From assembly GCF_009914755.1 (NCBI RefSeq), contig NC_060934.1: a stretch of 64,000 nucleotides of DNA, one strand, 5' to 3'. The notes under the pieces were generated by a model. The model worked only from the letters and a program-made list of their open reading frames with translations, did no database searches and was not told the DNA's origin. Shown here one piece after another: positions 14,081-27,399 of the stretch. Both the position numbers and the translations under genes were made by a program. Position 1 is the stretch's first letter; every line of letters starts with the position of its first letter. Origin of the DNA: the human T2T-CHM13v2.0 reference genome, Homo sapiens.

Positions 14081-14105
<25 letters not shown>
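14081..14105. repeat. (TG)12 microsatellite
   Basis: Directly visible. Confidence 0.95.
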
Positions 14106-14627
14106 TTATCTGCTGAGGGCCTTTGAATACTCTTTCCTTGCTCAGAACAAATAGACAAATATATAATTAAGGCACCTAACAATACAGACCATATTTTCAG
14201 GGATATAGCAACTAAAAGGTCTTAGGAAGGCCAACTCAAATCCAAGCACATGGATTCCAGCTGGGGACAGGAGTGAAAGGAGTGGATTTCTTGTGTCTGT
14301 GAGCCTAGAGTGAAAAACAGCTTCAGGAAACCTTCACTTTGTTATGTATGGGATGAAATTGAAATCAAGTGTATTGTGTTAGGGGGATCCTACAGGAAGA
14401 AGATCTGGGAGATTTTTCTTGAGGTTTGGGGGCAGGCATTTAGCTGAGGGTGGACATTGAGGAGAATCTGGAGGGCTTTTATTAGAAATATGCTTCCATA
14501 CCTTGCAAAAAACTCCAAAATATCACACCTGTTTCTCAATACCACATGCTTTGTACATGCCATATAACTATTTTTGATTACCAAATTTCATTTTGAGTTT
14601 TGATACTAGTTTTAAAATTACAGTTAT

Positions 14628-14891
14628 AGCTGAGCATCATAGCCTGTAGTCCTAGCTACTAGGGAGACAGAGGCAAGAGGCTTACAACACAAGCCTGGAC
14701 AACATAGTGAAATCCTATCTCTACAAAAAAATATTTAAAAATTAGTCAGGAATGATGACTTGTGCTTGCAGTTCCAGCTGCTTCAGAGGATTGCTTGAGC
14801 CCAGGAGTTGGATGCTGCAGTGAGCTATGATCATACCATCACATGCCAGCCTGGGTGACAGAAGAAGACACTATTGTCTCAAAAAATAAAA
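14628..14891 (+). mobile_element. Degenerate AluJ with internal deletions
   Basis: agcctggacaacatagtgaaa...gaggattgcttgagcccaggagtt...gcagtgagctatgatc...cagcctgggtgacaga, followed by an A tail. Confidence 0.85.
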
Positions 14892-16974
14892 CAACAGTTG
14901 TTCAGGATCATTAGGAATATATTTAATCAATGCTTTTTCAGAAATGGTGGTTTAAAAATAAGTAGGCTAGGAAGGAAGTCCTAAGTAGGTATTCTGGTCT
15001 CAGACTTGTGCTTCCTGCAACACCTTTAATATCTATAAAATAATTAGAGTTTTTGATTGTGGAGTAGGCTTGATTTGGAACTGAGGATTTTTTTCTAGAC
15101 ATATATTTTAATTTGAGTTTCACTCACTGCCAAAAAAAAAAATTGGCAAGACAGAGAAAGAGGAAAAAAAAAAAACAGGCCACAAAATGTAAAAGTCAAA
15201 AGCAGTCATTCCAAATTTGTGTCTTATATATTCTCTCAGACTTTGCTGTCTTCTTTATGTTTCAACATTTTTCAGATAGCATCATTAATGAACAGCCTTC
15301 CAGCCCCCCTCCATAATGCAGCTTTTTGATCCTAGTGCCCAACTGGCTTCAATCAATTCCTCTGACCATGCAGTTTATGACTCTACAAAACCTGCCAGGA
15401 CTCGTTTCCTTAGTATTAGATGCAGGCAGGTAGAAATTGAGAGATGATTCCACATAATGCTCATCAAAGCAGAAAAAAATCAAACCTAATGCACAACAGG
15501 GTTACAAAGAGAAAAAGTTAAGCAGTCTGTATTAAAAACAAAAGGAAATAACAGGGACAGAAGAAAAAGAGAAAATAAAACAAGTGATTTCATGTAGGTG
15601 CTATAGAATCTTTAACCAAACCACAGGCTCTGATGAATGATCTCTTCTGCCTGAGACTCAGGACTGTCATGGTCCTTATGTCCAGGAAAAGAGCCAGCTC
15701 TTTTATTGAGTTGCCAAGAGTTGTCACTGAAGCCATCCTGAAGTTTCCTTGCTTCTAGTTAGATAGGAAGAGAAACACAAATACATTCTCCCTCGGGACG
15801 GACACTTCCAAACTAACCACTCCCATCCAGTGGTAACCTACTCCCAAATCCTCCAGGTGGCCTACTACACCCTGCTTTCTTCTGCTTGCAGTTGCCTGAC
15901 ATGACATTGCTCACCCTTTCTTCTTGTAAGTGTTACCTTTTTCTGTGTCCCTTTGTTATAGATGTTTGGCCTATAGTGGAAGGGCCTTACATTTGTGTCA
16001 CATAAATCATGTCATGTTATTCAGCCCATTACATTTTATGTCAAGTAATACCTTATGGTATTTTACCTTTATCAATATAAAACAAATTTCTTTTGTTTTA
16101 AGTTTTTGCCCTAAACTTCAATATTATCTGGTGATGGAGTGGTAAACAGGCTCTTCATTCATGGAGCTTATAATCTAGTGTGAGTAATAGAATAGAACAA
16201 TTTCTTAAATAAATCAGGAGTTAACGCCGATTGTGATGAGAACTCAGGAGAAGTGTAAGGTATGTTGGAAACAAGGAGCATAAGTTGGATGAGCGATTTA
16301 GACAAGTATTCCATATGGGACAGACAGTTCTGCCTGTCTGAAGGACACAAAGGATGTACCAAGGTTATGTTTCTAGACCCAGTTGATTAGACCCCTGGGT
16401 TTCTGCTCTTGAGACATTGCCAGAGGCCAAATTAGGCCAAGTCCCTGGGTGTGTTTGCCTCCTGTAGGGCATTTCTAAAACCAATTACTACCTTCAGATC
16501 AAGAACATTTTCTCTTATAACATCTCTTGAATTGTTTGGGTTCTCCTTTTAAGAATAACAAGTCATCCCTGCAAGCTCTTTATTTTCTGTTCTCTGTATC
16601 CACCGTGTTTTCCCTATTTTTGTTTCTTTGTTCTTTTCTTCTGAATTCTAGGTAGACTTAAGTTGGTCTTCCAAATTGTTGGCATCAATCTGGCTCTTCA
16701 GTGCCCCAATGTGGATTTCTAGTATGATTTTCCGTGGTAATTTTCTGTATGTCACATATACTTTTTACATCCTAATATGTGGCTTTATTTTCCTGTCCTG
16801 TTCTCTTCATTTTGCTTTTGGCTAGCTTGTATAGAAACATGTTATTTTTGCATTTGTATGGAAGTCATGTTGCTTTTGAATTGTAACAAAATTGAAATTT
16901 TCTTCTGGATCCTGCAGTAGATTAGCAGAAAATCTTCTTTTTGAGAAACTTAAGTATTTCCTCTCAGGATTTCT

Positions 16975-17250
16975 TCAGTTAGCAATTCACTAGGAAACAG
17001 AACCCGAAACAATTCTTTCAGTGTAGATTCTTTATTGAAAGGCAATGCATGGGACAGCCAGAACAACCCTGTCTACTCCAAAGGGGAGAACAGTCAGACG
17101 TGCCTGCAGCCAGCCCCAGCAGCTGCAGCTGGAATGCCGGAGAGCCAACCAAGGGTCTAGAACATGGATAAAGCTGAGATAATCTCAGGGTGTGTGTGTT
17201 ACTTTGAATGTATCAGAGTACTTAATTTCTCAAAAAAACATATCACAAGA
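16975..17250 (-). mobile_element. Possible old ERVL-type LTR fragment
   Basis: ttcactaggaaacagaacccga...ttctttattgaa resembles the antisense 3' end (polyA-signal region) of LTR16/LTR33-class elements; weak. Confidence 0.3.
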
Positions 17251-17533
17251 CAGGCTGTCTGTTCATATAGGTAATAGTCTGCACCCTAGATCTGTATTTG
17301 GAAGAAGCTTTTCTACAACTGCAGGCCAATTGCTATTCCTGGTGGGTATTTACTAACTCACTTCTGCTTCACCTTGGCCGCTTTTCCCCCTGGCCTATCA
17401 ACTCAGTTGGAGAGAATCAGAACTGGACATTTTGAACAATGGAAAAAATTGATTTCCTCCTAAATATACTACTAGGGTTTTTGCTGCCTTTGTGCACTCA
17501 GAATGCAGTGTAGTAATATTCCAGCAACCACCC

Positions 17534-17536
<3 letters not shown>

Positions 17537-17582
<46 letters not shown>

Positions 17583-17584
17583 AC
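17537..17584. repeat. (CA)~23 microsatellite
   Basis: Directly visible; one interruption. Confidence 0.95.
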
Positions 17585-18009
17585 CACCCACGTTCTTCTG
17601 GATGCCCCACTAACATATACAGGCACACACTTCACAGACACACACTCCACGTGTTCTGCCTAATTTCTTGGTATTCTTTTCTCTTATAAATGTAGTCAAC
17701 TAGCAGGAGGGCAGGAATACCAAGGAAAAGGAACCAGAATTCTGGCGCTTCCAGAAAGCAGCACCTTAGGGCTATAGGCACAGCTATTATTTTTTGGCCA
17801 GATCACAACCTGTAAGAGATACAAAGTGAGTCTGTTTCCTTTTCTACATAACCTCTGTCTTATCATGACAGAAAATGTTGCCGGATTCTGGGCCAAAGTA
17901 TGAAACAGCATCAGAAAAGCCAGTTGTGTCATCTATCCAGGGATGCCACCATGTGAGAACAAGGTCCCCTAATATTCTAGAGTGCCTGGCCTCCATGCAG
18001 GGACAATTG

Positions 18010-18485
18010 TGTATTTATTTACAAGAATGTGAGCACCAACACTGCAGAGTTTAGGCATTTATGTTCATTGCCGTATCCTCAGCACTTACAACAGAGCCTG
18101 GATTCTAGGAGGTGGCTAATACTTTATTTTGGTGAAATATTTGATTAGAGCAGTTATGTGATTATTGGCTGTCTTCCCCTAGACTAGGAGTTCCCTGAAG
18201 GCAGCACTATACTCTTTTCTTTGCCAGGTTATCTTCTGCTTCAGGTACAGCATCTAGAACATAAAAAGTAAATACATATCATTTTATGAATAAAAAAGCA
18301 CTTTTAGAATGCAGAAAGCAGAATGACTAGTAGTATAGCTGTGTTCATGTCTGCCCCTCAAATAAACTAAGTGACCTGACGATAGTGACTCTTGTATTCA
18401 TCTTTGAACTTCTGACAAACCCAGCACAATTCTTTTAAGTAAGTCCTTGCTTACTAATTATTTGGTTGAATAAGCAAACAAATGG
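18010..18485 (+). mobile_element. Three consecutive L2 3'-end fragments
   Basis: Three units, each resembling the L2 terminus: gttcattgccgtatcctcagcacttacaacagagcctgg; tcttcccctagactaggagttccctgaaggcag; tattcatctttgaa...cccagcacaa...ggttgaataa. Confidence 0.55.
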
Positions 18486-18599
18486 AAACATCCATAATAT
18501 TAGCAAATATGATGCAAGACATGAAAAGCCTTATGCATTGAAATCTACATGACTTAACCCTAGAAGGCTGAAGTGATACCACACCAGGAAAATTACTAA

Positions 18600-19010
18600 C
18601 TTAACAGAACACATCAAAATAAAACATTGTTCAAATCTATATAATTATCTCAATTGCCAAAAAAGTATCTGATAAAAATTCAATAGCTATTCATCATAAG
18701 CACAGTAAAAATCATAGGAAAGAGGGTTTCTTTTTTCACAGGGGAAAAATTAAATGTTTCAACAAGCATTACCTTTAATGTAGAAATATGAGACTTTCTA
18801 AAACAAACAAGAATAATATGAACATAGCTCACTTTACCATTGCTGCTACAATTATTTATTATTTTAATAGTAAAATTATTAAATATTAAGGAAAAGAATA
18901 TTAAAAATAAAATCACCAGACCTCACAATATTCAGTATACTTTTAAAAATGAACTTGCAGGAAAATTGTTGTTTCAAATGTGTTTACTAGGAAGAAAAAA
19001 ATGCAATTAT
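18600..19010 (+). mobile_element. Ancient L1M ORF2 (RT region) remnant
   Basis: attatctcaattgccaaaaaagtatctgataaaaattcaatagctattcatcataa resembles the L1 ORF2 segment encoding IISIDAEKAFDKIQHPFMIK; no open frame. Confidence 0.65.
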
Positions 19011-20344
19011 GTAGGATTATGATTAAGACCACAAAAGATAAGTAAAAATGATACATTAAATGCTAATGTGGGGAAATAGAAGACAAAAGAGATGCATGTT
19101 AAAAAATTACAAGTTCTAACTACGGTATTAACACCTAAAATCAGTTGAATATCATTTGCAAGGAAAGAATATCGTTTCTTTAAAAAACATATGCTACTTT
19201 TTCTGTTATTACCACTAGAAGCTACATTAATTAGACACTGACATATAATAGGATAGACTCTAAGTATAAATTATTTCTCATGCACATAGCACCTTGATTG
19301 GTAGATATTATTGTCTTCTTTCTTCCAGGTAAAAGTAGAGGGTGAGAGGATGCTCAGCAGGTGGAGGAAATATACCAAGCCAGGGCACAGGTTTGGTTCT
19401 GAATGAAGGGCATGTTACCCTACAACAGTATGAACAAGAAAACATGAGTAACACAAAAGCACTAGATGAACATATACACAAGCGAACATCCTCACACACA
19501 AACATCTAGTACAAATAATTAAACTCAGAGTAATTATCAGTGTGATTATGAGAAAGAGATAACTCATGTCCCACACAGATGTAATTAACTATGTGCAAGG
19601 CATTGAGTAAGGTCTTAGGATATTCCTCAGGTTTGGAATCCCCTTCCTGCATTTTCACTTGTTAAAATAAAATCACCAAGGAATATTTACAGTGGAATAT
19701 TTGAGAGAAAGTTTGTATATAGTTTATTTAGTGTTATTTGTGTTTTAATTCTACTTTAGTGTTTTGTTGAAGTATATTAAGATCACGTGGCATATTTCTG
19801 TCATAATGTCATTTAGTAAGCTCTCTCCATACCCGTTTCTTCTACGTTATTAATTTTCTTGTCGAGACTTGTATTACTTTTTTATTGTTGTTTGTTCCAC
19901 TTAAAATAGGGCCATTTTAGTATCTCCAAAAACAATACTATTTCTAATTTTCTTACATTTTACCCCAAGAATCTATCCATATATTACTCAAAAAATTGAA
20001 AAAAGGCAAACTTCCAAACAACATGTTAAGGAAATAAACACACTTCAGCATCCAGTTTTCCCTAAAGGAGAAGCAATTACTCCTGGGATACTAAATGAGA
20101 TTTGTCTGTGGCTCCTCTTTGAGACCAGTTTTCCTCACCAGGGATGACTTATTCATTTGTACATCAAGGAATTCTCAGCTTTCTTACCACTTCTAGAAGC
20201 TGGGGACATTTGATCATGTGTAGGACTCCTTACATTTCTGAAACACATCTCAGAAAAGCAGGTATAGCTAAGCCAACATTTTAGAAGTGCAGAAAGGCAT
20301 TTTCTGGAGGCACACCCTCCAATGCTGCTTTTGGAGTCCTTGTG

Positions 20345-20730
20345 AGATTTTGATTTGAATCCTCCTTCTGTACCTATTAGCTATTTGAACACTGATGAGG
20401 TACTAAACCTCTATGAACCCTAAGTTTTTGTTTATTATATTAAAAATAATGCTAGCCCTTATATCCTAGAATTGTGAGGATAATTATTAGCAGGTCATAT
20501 GATAGCAAATATTGACTGGGTTCTTAACACACTTCAGGCATTGTGCATGCTATATGTTTGAATCCATCTTTGTATTTAATGCTAACCACTCTATGAAATA
20601 GTTGTTATTTATCTCCATTTATAACTAGGAAACTGAGATTCAAATTGCTCATGTAATTTGGCCAAAGTCTCACAGTTAGTTGTCCAGATTCAAATTCCCC
20701 ATCTATTGGACTCATAGTCTCTATACTTCC
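20345..20730. mobile_element. Two MIR fragments in opposite orientation
   Basis: + strand: ttgaatcctccttctgtacctattagct...aaacctctatgaaccctaagttt; - strand: tatctccatttataactaggaaactgagattca...ggccaaagtctcacagttagt. Confidence 0.65.
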
Positions 20731-23363
20731 AGGATGGTTTTCACACCTATTCAGTGCTCAATAATTGTCAGTCATCACTGTTGTTATTATTGGGAGAACT
20801 TTGAAACACATTTCCCAGAAACTCTCAATTGACAAATGTGGAGCCAAGTCTCTTTTCAAGATAGGAAATTTGTCTTGTCTTTTCTGTATATGTGCTATAA
20901 CATATTGCTTGCCTTCTTGTGAATCCACTAAGAGTCACATGTTGGCGGTATGTATGACATGTTCATGTCTGTCTCCTTTGTCAGGTCTCTCATGGTCCAG
21001 ACATGAGAAGGTCATCTTTCCTTATTCTTCTTCCTCATTTCCACCCACTGCAGCTTGTACTTGGGCTGTTTGTATCTTGGTAAGTGCAGGAGCGCTTCAG
21101 TTCATCATCACTGCTGCTTTTTCCTCTTTCCACATACTGGATCTTGCATTAATGACTTTAAATTTGGAACCATTCATTCTACTGTGGCTGTTGGGCTTTC
21201 TCTGTCTTTATAGAGTCTCATTGCAGGAATACTTACTAAGCTCCTGAAAACTGACACACCCTTGCATTTGACAACTGGCTCATTATTATTATTATTATTA
21301 TTTTATTGTATCATTTATTGATTTTGAACTTGATGCTGGGTTTGATTAAGGGAAAAAACTTAAAGGGTTTTTCTTTTTTAACTTGCTTATCTTTTGACCT
21401 TATATCTAATTTCATCTCATGACAAAGAAGAGACATGAAATGTATTTGAGGTGGTACACTGATGATTCCATCTGAATATTGCTTTGTCATTGTTTTGATT
21501 AGAAACAATAAATGGTGTTGACAAACTCTGGGAATGATTTTTATAATGAAAGAGAATAGTGAAAGTGGAGAAGTTTCAATAAATGATTTTTAAATAAAAT
21601 GCTTTTCTTGAATATAAAAAACATGGTGTTGGCAGATGACATTGTAGGAAATATTACTCCAAGATAGACTGGTAAGCCTTTTACCCTTTCCACTTCTCTG
21701 TCACTTCTTGTCTTTCTAGAACATCTCATTACTTTCCTTTATGAATTCTTCCCCCAAGGCTCTGGTGTTAGGGGCAGCCTTCATTTTCCATTTCAGTTCA
21801 AGGGACTTACCACTTAATTTAAGTTTCCTCAAGTCTGACCCTCAACTCCAAAGTTCCACTCATCATTTCACTTTTTAGAGCAGAGATCACCTGCATGATA
21901 GTGTACCTATTGATGGTCCCTGATGTTTCAGAGGCCCCTACTTGTATATTCAGATGAGAATATCAACAGGGCCTTCCTCACATAACTGTAGGAAAAGGTC
22001 AAAACCCAGACCCCATAGAGAGACCTGGGACACTTCTAATTTATGAATGCAATTTTTAAAAAGATTTAAAAATTAAATGCTATGACACAAAATACAATAC
22101 AATAGGAGTGAGTGATTCACAAGATAGTATGAGTATATATAAACATAAATTTATGTGGGTGTTGTAGAGTTGAATTCAAGTTCAAATTTGGGGCTTTTTG
22201 TAAATGTGAGTCACAGATTAATTTCTGACATATTGTACCCCTCATTAGGGATACAGCATTATGATAAATTTCTAAGAGAAAAATAACTAAATCACATTGT
22301 GGTCATGTTTTTAGTGGGAATAAAACTTAACCTAGAAGAGAAAGCATGTAATGCTTCATTCAAATATGATATTGATTTGCTGTGTGGCCATGGATAAACA
22401 ACATAACTTCCCAGGACTTTTTTCATTTTTTTTTTATTGGGGATAGTATTAGTTACCACATTGAATGTAACTGGATATGGTGTAAGGACAAATTAATTTG
22501 TAGATATGAAATATATTTGAACTATAAAAGACTTTTGGACTTAAAATGGTAATGATGATACAGCCCCCTTTCCTCATGAAAATTAATTTAAAATAACTAG
22601 AAGGAAATTCAACCTTTATTGAAAAGAATCTTTGGCCAAATACTGGAAGAAAGGCTCCAGAGCCCAGTATGCCATTTCAGAAGTAGATGGTATGCCCTTC
22701 TGAGAAAACAATCTCTTATTTGCAACAATGCACTCTGTGGCAAGTGCATGCCTGGAAGCCACTGAACGTGATGAAGCAACTGGAGGGTCGGAGGCTGAGT
22801 CAGGAGACATTGAGACTTACCACTTGTATGAAAGGAGTCAGACAGTGAAGCAAGCTTCAAGGGAAACTCCTTCGGAAGCAGTCCTGAGTGACATCTCTCT
22901 CTCGCCTGGGGAGAATTAAAGGCTAAACTAGATATAGGAATACACTTTAATGCATTTCATGGTCAGCCTCTGACAATTACTGTTGTGCTATATCCCACTC
23001 TGACCCTCCTCCCATAGTTCCAAGTACTCACTATATTCAAAGGTAAATTACCAGCATATAGTCTATGAAGACTCACCATGTGTAAAAGGGACCATTGCAG
23101 CATAAATACCAAGGTATTAAAATAATTAGAATAGAAAGCAGAATAGAAAGCAGTTGAAAAATATTCACCAGAAAAATTTTGTCATGGAGAAAATGAAATT
23201 AATTCCCAAATGTATTACTAAATTAAGCAATAGACATTAACAAAACAATAACTTCTTTGAAATAATGTCTCAAAGCAGACATTTGGGAAACAGAAATTCA
23301 GGAAGAAATATAGCAAGGAAATAGAAGGAAATGACTGTTAAGCAGATAAAACAAGAAAATTAG

Positions 23364-23709
23364 TATATTAGTTTGTTCTCATGCTGCTATAAAGAACTAC
23401 CCAAGACTGGGTAATTTATAAAGGAAAGAGGTTTAATTGACTCACAGTTCTGCATTGCTTGGGAGGCCTCAGGAAACTTACAATCATGGCAGAAGAGGAA
23501 ACAACCATGTCCTTCTTCACATGGCAGCAGGAGAGAGAAGTGCAGAGCGAAGCAGGGAAAAGCCCCTTATAAAACCATCAGATCTTGTGAGAACTCACTC
23601 AGTAGCACAAGCACAACATGGGGGAAACTGCCCCCATGATCTAACCACCTCCCATGAGGATTACAATTCAAGTTGAGATTTTAGTTGAGGACACAGGCAA
23701 ACCATATTA
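23364..23709 (-). mobile_element. THE1 (C/D-like) MaLR solo LTR
   Basis: tattagtttgttctcatgctgctataaagaactaccc...ggcctcaggaaacttacaatcatggc...ggacacaggcaaaccatatta. Confidence 0.9.
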
Positions 23710-24115
23710 AGTATAGGAAAGAATAGTAGAAAAGAATGTTACATCCAAAGTTACATTGGAAATAACCTAAAGGAGAATAGAAACGGAAAATATCAAAAAG
23801 CATGTGAACAGTGAAAAAATGAAACAAAATAAATTAACAGTGAGTTAAAACAATTGTCAGGATAGATGAAAATAATCTGTTAGAAAATCCAAACAGAAAA
23901 AAGAAAAGTTCAGCATATGCATAAGTGGTGTGCCTGAAAAGGAGAAACGAATATATGGAGAAAAAAAATGTTTAAAGTTACTTTTTCCAGATGTGAAGAA
24001 GTTTTGAGAATAAACATTTTTGACTTTTAATCTTTTGTTTGGAAGCCCAACATTATGAAAAAAATTATGCAAAATGATCACCGTCAATATCCTAATCCAC
24101 TTACCTTTTAAAACA

Positions 24116-24236
24116 CAGTCATCCGTTGGTATCTTCAAGAGATTAGTTCCAGGGCTCCCAGAAGATACCAGAATTCACTGATGCTCAGGTTCTTTGGGGT
24201 ATGTATTCAGAAACCACCAATATAGAAGGCCAACTA
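24116..24236. mobile_element. Internally deleted MER2-type Tigger MITE
   Basis: cagtcatccgttggtatc...gattagttccagg...gataccagaattcactgatgctcagg joined to aatatagaaggccaacta (both termini present). Confidence 0.65.
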
Positions 24237-24950
24237 GAACAGGGAATCTTTTGGGGAGTCTGAAAGGAGATCAAATCCTAAACAAAGGGTGACTTCAGAA
24301 TTCCTCTCAGTAACATTCCACATTAGGAAAAGAACAGGTCAATGCCTTTCCAGTGTTTTCAGGAAAAGGCAGTGTAACCCATGTTCCTAGACTCAGTGAA
24401 TGTATCTTTTAAAGTAAGGCAACTGACAAACAGTTTTCAACATGAAATACTGCTCAGAATCTAGTTGCCAGATTCCTTTAAAAATATTCTGACAATGAAA
24501 ATGAATAGAGGAATTACAGCAAAAGAACTGTTGATAAACATTAAATATGTTGAAAATATTAAATATTTCTATCTGCATTGATAAGTAAAAATATTTCTGA
24601 GAATTATGTTTACAGAACAGAATGAAAATGTTACAAAGAATAATAACATTGAAATAATTTATCTGATACAATTTAGGATGAAAAGTGGAAGAGAAGGTGA
24701 GAGGTGGTATGCATATGGTGAATTCTTCATCTTTTATAGCTGAAGGCAAAAAAATGCCACTCAATGGTGATTTATTAAATAACATAGCATAAACATGCAA
24801 AGGCATAAAAATGTAGTAAAAGTGTGTAAACAATTAAAATTAGATAATGCAGTAAGAGAAGTGATTGGAGACTAAGTGGAGGTATAAATTTTGTCAGTAT
24901 TACAGTGAATGGTCAGTAGATAATAAAGAAATGTAGGATTATAAATATTA

Positions 24951-25263
<313 letters not shown>

Positions 25264-26546
25264 AATATCACATTGTATTTAAAAGGTAACAAAAAAGGTA
25301 ATAGAAAAACATGAGACCTTCAGATTATTAATAGTAACACAAACAGGCACAAAAAGAACAAAGTGAAATATTGAAAAAAAAAACCTAGTATTATCATGAG
25401 GCATACTGAAACACAATATAACTAATTCTGAAAATATCTACCATATTAATAAACGCATTATTTATCAAATTTTAATAAGAAAGTTATTTCCACAAGAAAT
25501 CAATAGGAATGGATATCTGTGCATCACATAACATAGACTCGCATTCCATAATGGAAAATCTACAGAAATTTCAGGGCAAAAGAGAAGAAAACATATTAGT
25601 TGCAGGAGACATAATTCAGTGTGTGAAAACTGTCAGTAAAAATTAGTAAGCAAATAGAAGACCACTAAAACATGATTGATTTCAAAATGTTACATATCAT
25701 TGTGTTTTTCTCCATTAAAGATATGTCTTCATAAATTCTCTAAAATTTTTAGTTAAACAGTTTTCTCTTAAATTGGATTAATAGTTTCTGAATTAAGAAC
25801 ATTTAAAAAATATCTTTAAGAAACTGCTTTCAACTTTATCTTTCAAGTTTTTGGCTACTCACACTTAGTCTTCACTGACTCCTACATGAACTGAAACTCT
25901 AAGCATAGGACTAAGAGCAAGTATTATAAATTTGAAGGCCCATTTGCAAATTACTATGGTAGGTCTCTCAGTTTTGCAAAGAATCAGATGTTCAGTTGGC
26001 TGGGAGGATATAGAAAGGAAAAATAGAGTCCCTTCTCTCAAAACCCCCAAGTCCAGCAGGGAAAACACACCTTATATATCATAATAAATAGAATATGCAA
26101 GATAAGCTCCAGTGTATGCAGGGGGAAAGGGACTTTGGTGGAAGCAGCTAAAAGGATCTTGTAAAAATATAAATTAACGTCTTATGATGCAAGAATCCAG
26201 CCTGTTTTAACATGGATTGGATGACTTGCTTATCAGAGACTTGGAACAAAAAATAGTGGATATGGATCACAAGTTTTCTGTGATCTTTGGAGGAAGAATA
26301 TGACAAAATCCTGTATGTTGTCCTTGGGATACCCTCCTGACATCCCCACTCCCTCTGTGTTGCTTGTGCTTACAGTAGAGATGGCTCTTCTCCTAACAGG
26401 TGCTCCTCAAATTCCAGATCTCATTTTGCTGTCTTCTCTCAGGTACCTCAGACTTCTGACCGTTTTTCTGGTTACTAATACAGACTTTCATTGTTTTTCT
26501 CTTTTGCTGCATCTATAAATATTATGATTTGTCAGAAATTTTGTTT

Positions 26547-27398
<852 letters not shown>

Positions 27399-27399
27399 G

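Noticed and set aside
14110-16560. Possible additional old LTR/DNA elements (14110-14570, 15440-15930, 16340-16560)
   Set aside because: Composition is suggestive, but I could not match termini or a family with confidence.
20765-21247. Longest supplied ORF (160 aa)
   Set aside because: Non-ATG start (ttg), Leu/Ser/Cys-rich composition typical of T-rich non-coding DNA, no recognisable domain.
24393-24833. 146-aa minus-strand ORF
   Set aside because: Antisense to an A-rich L1/HAL1 remnant; Phe/Ile-rich chance frame.
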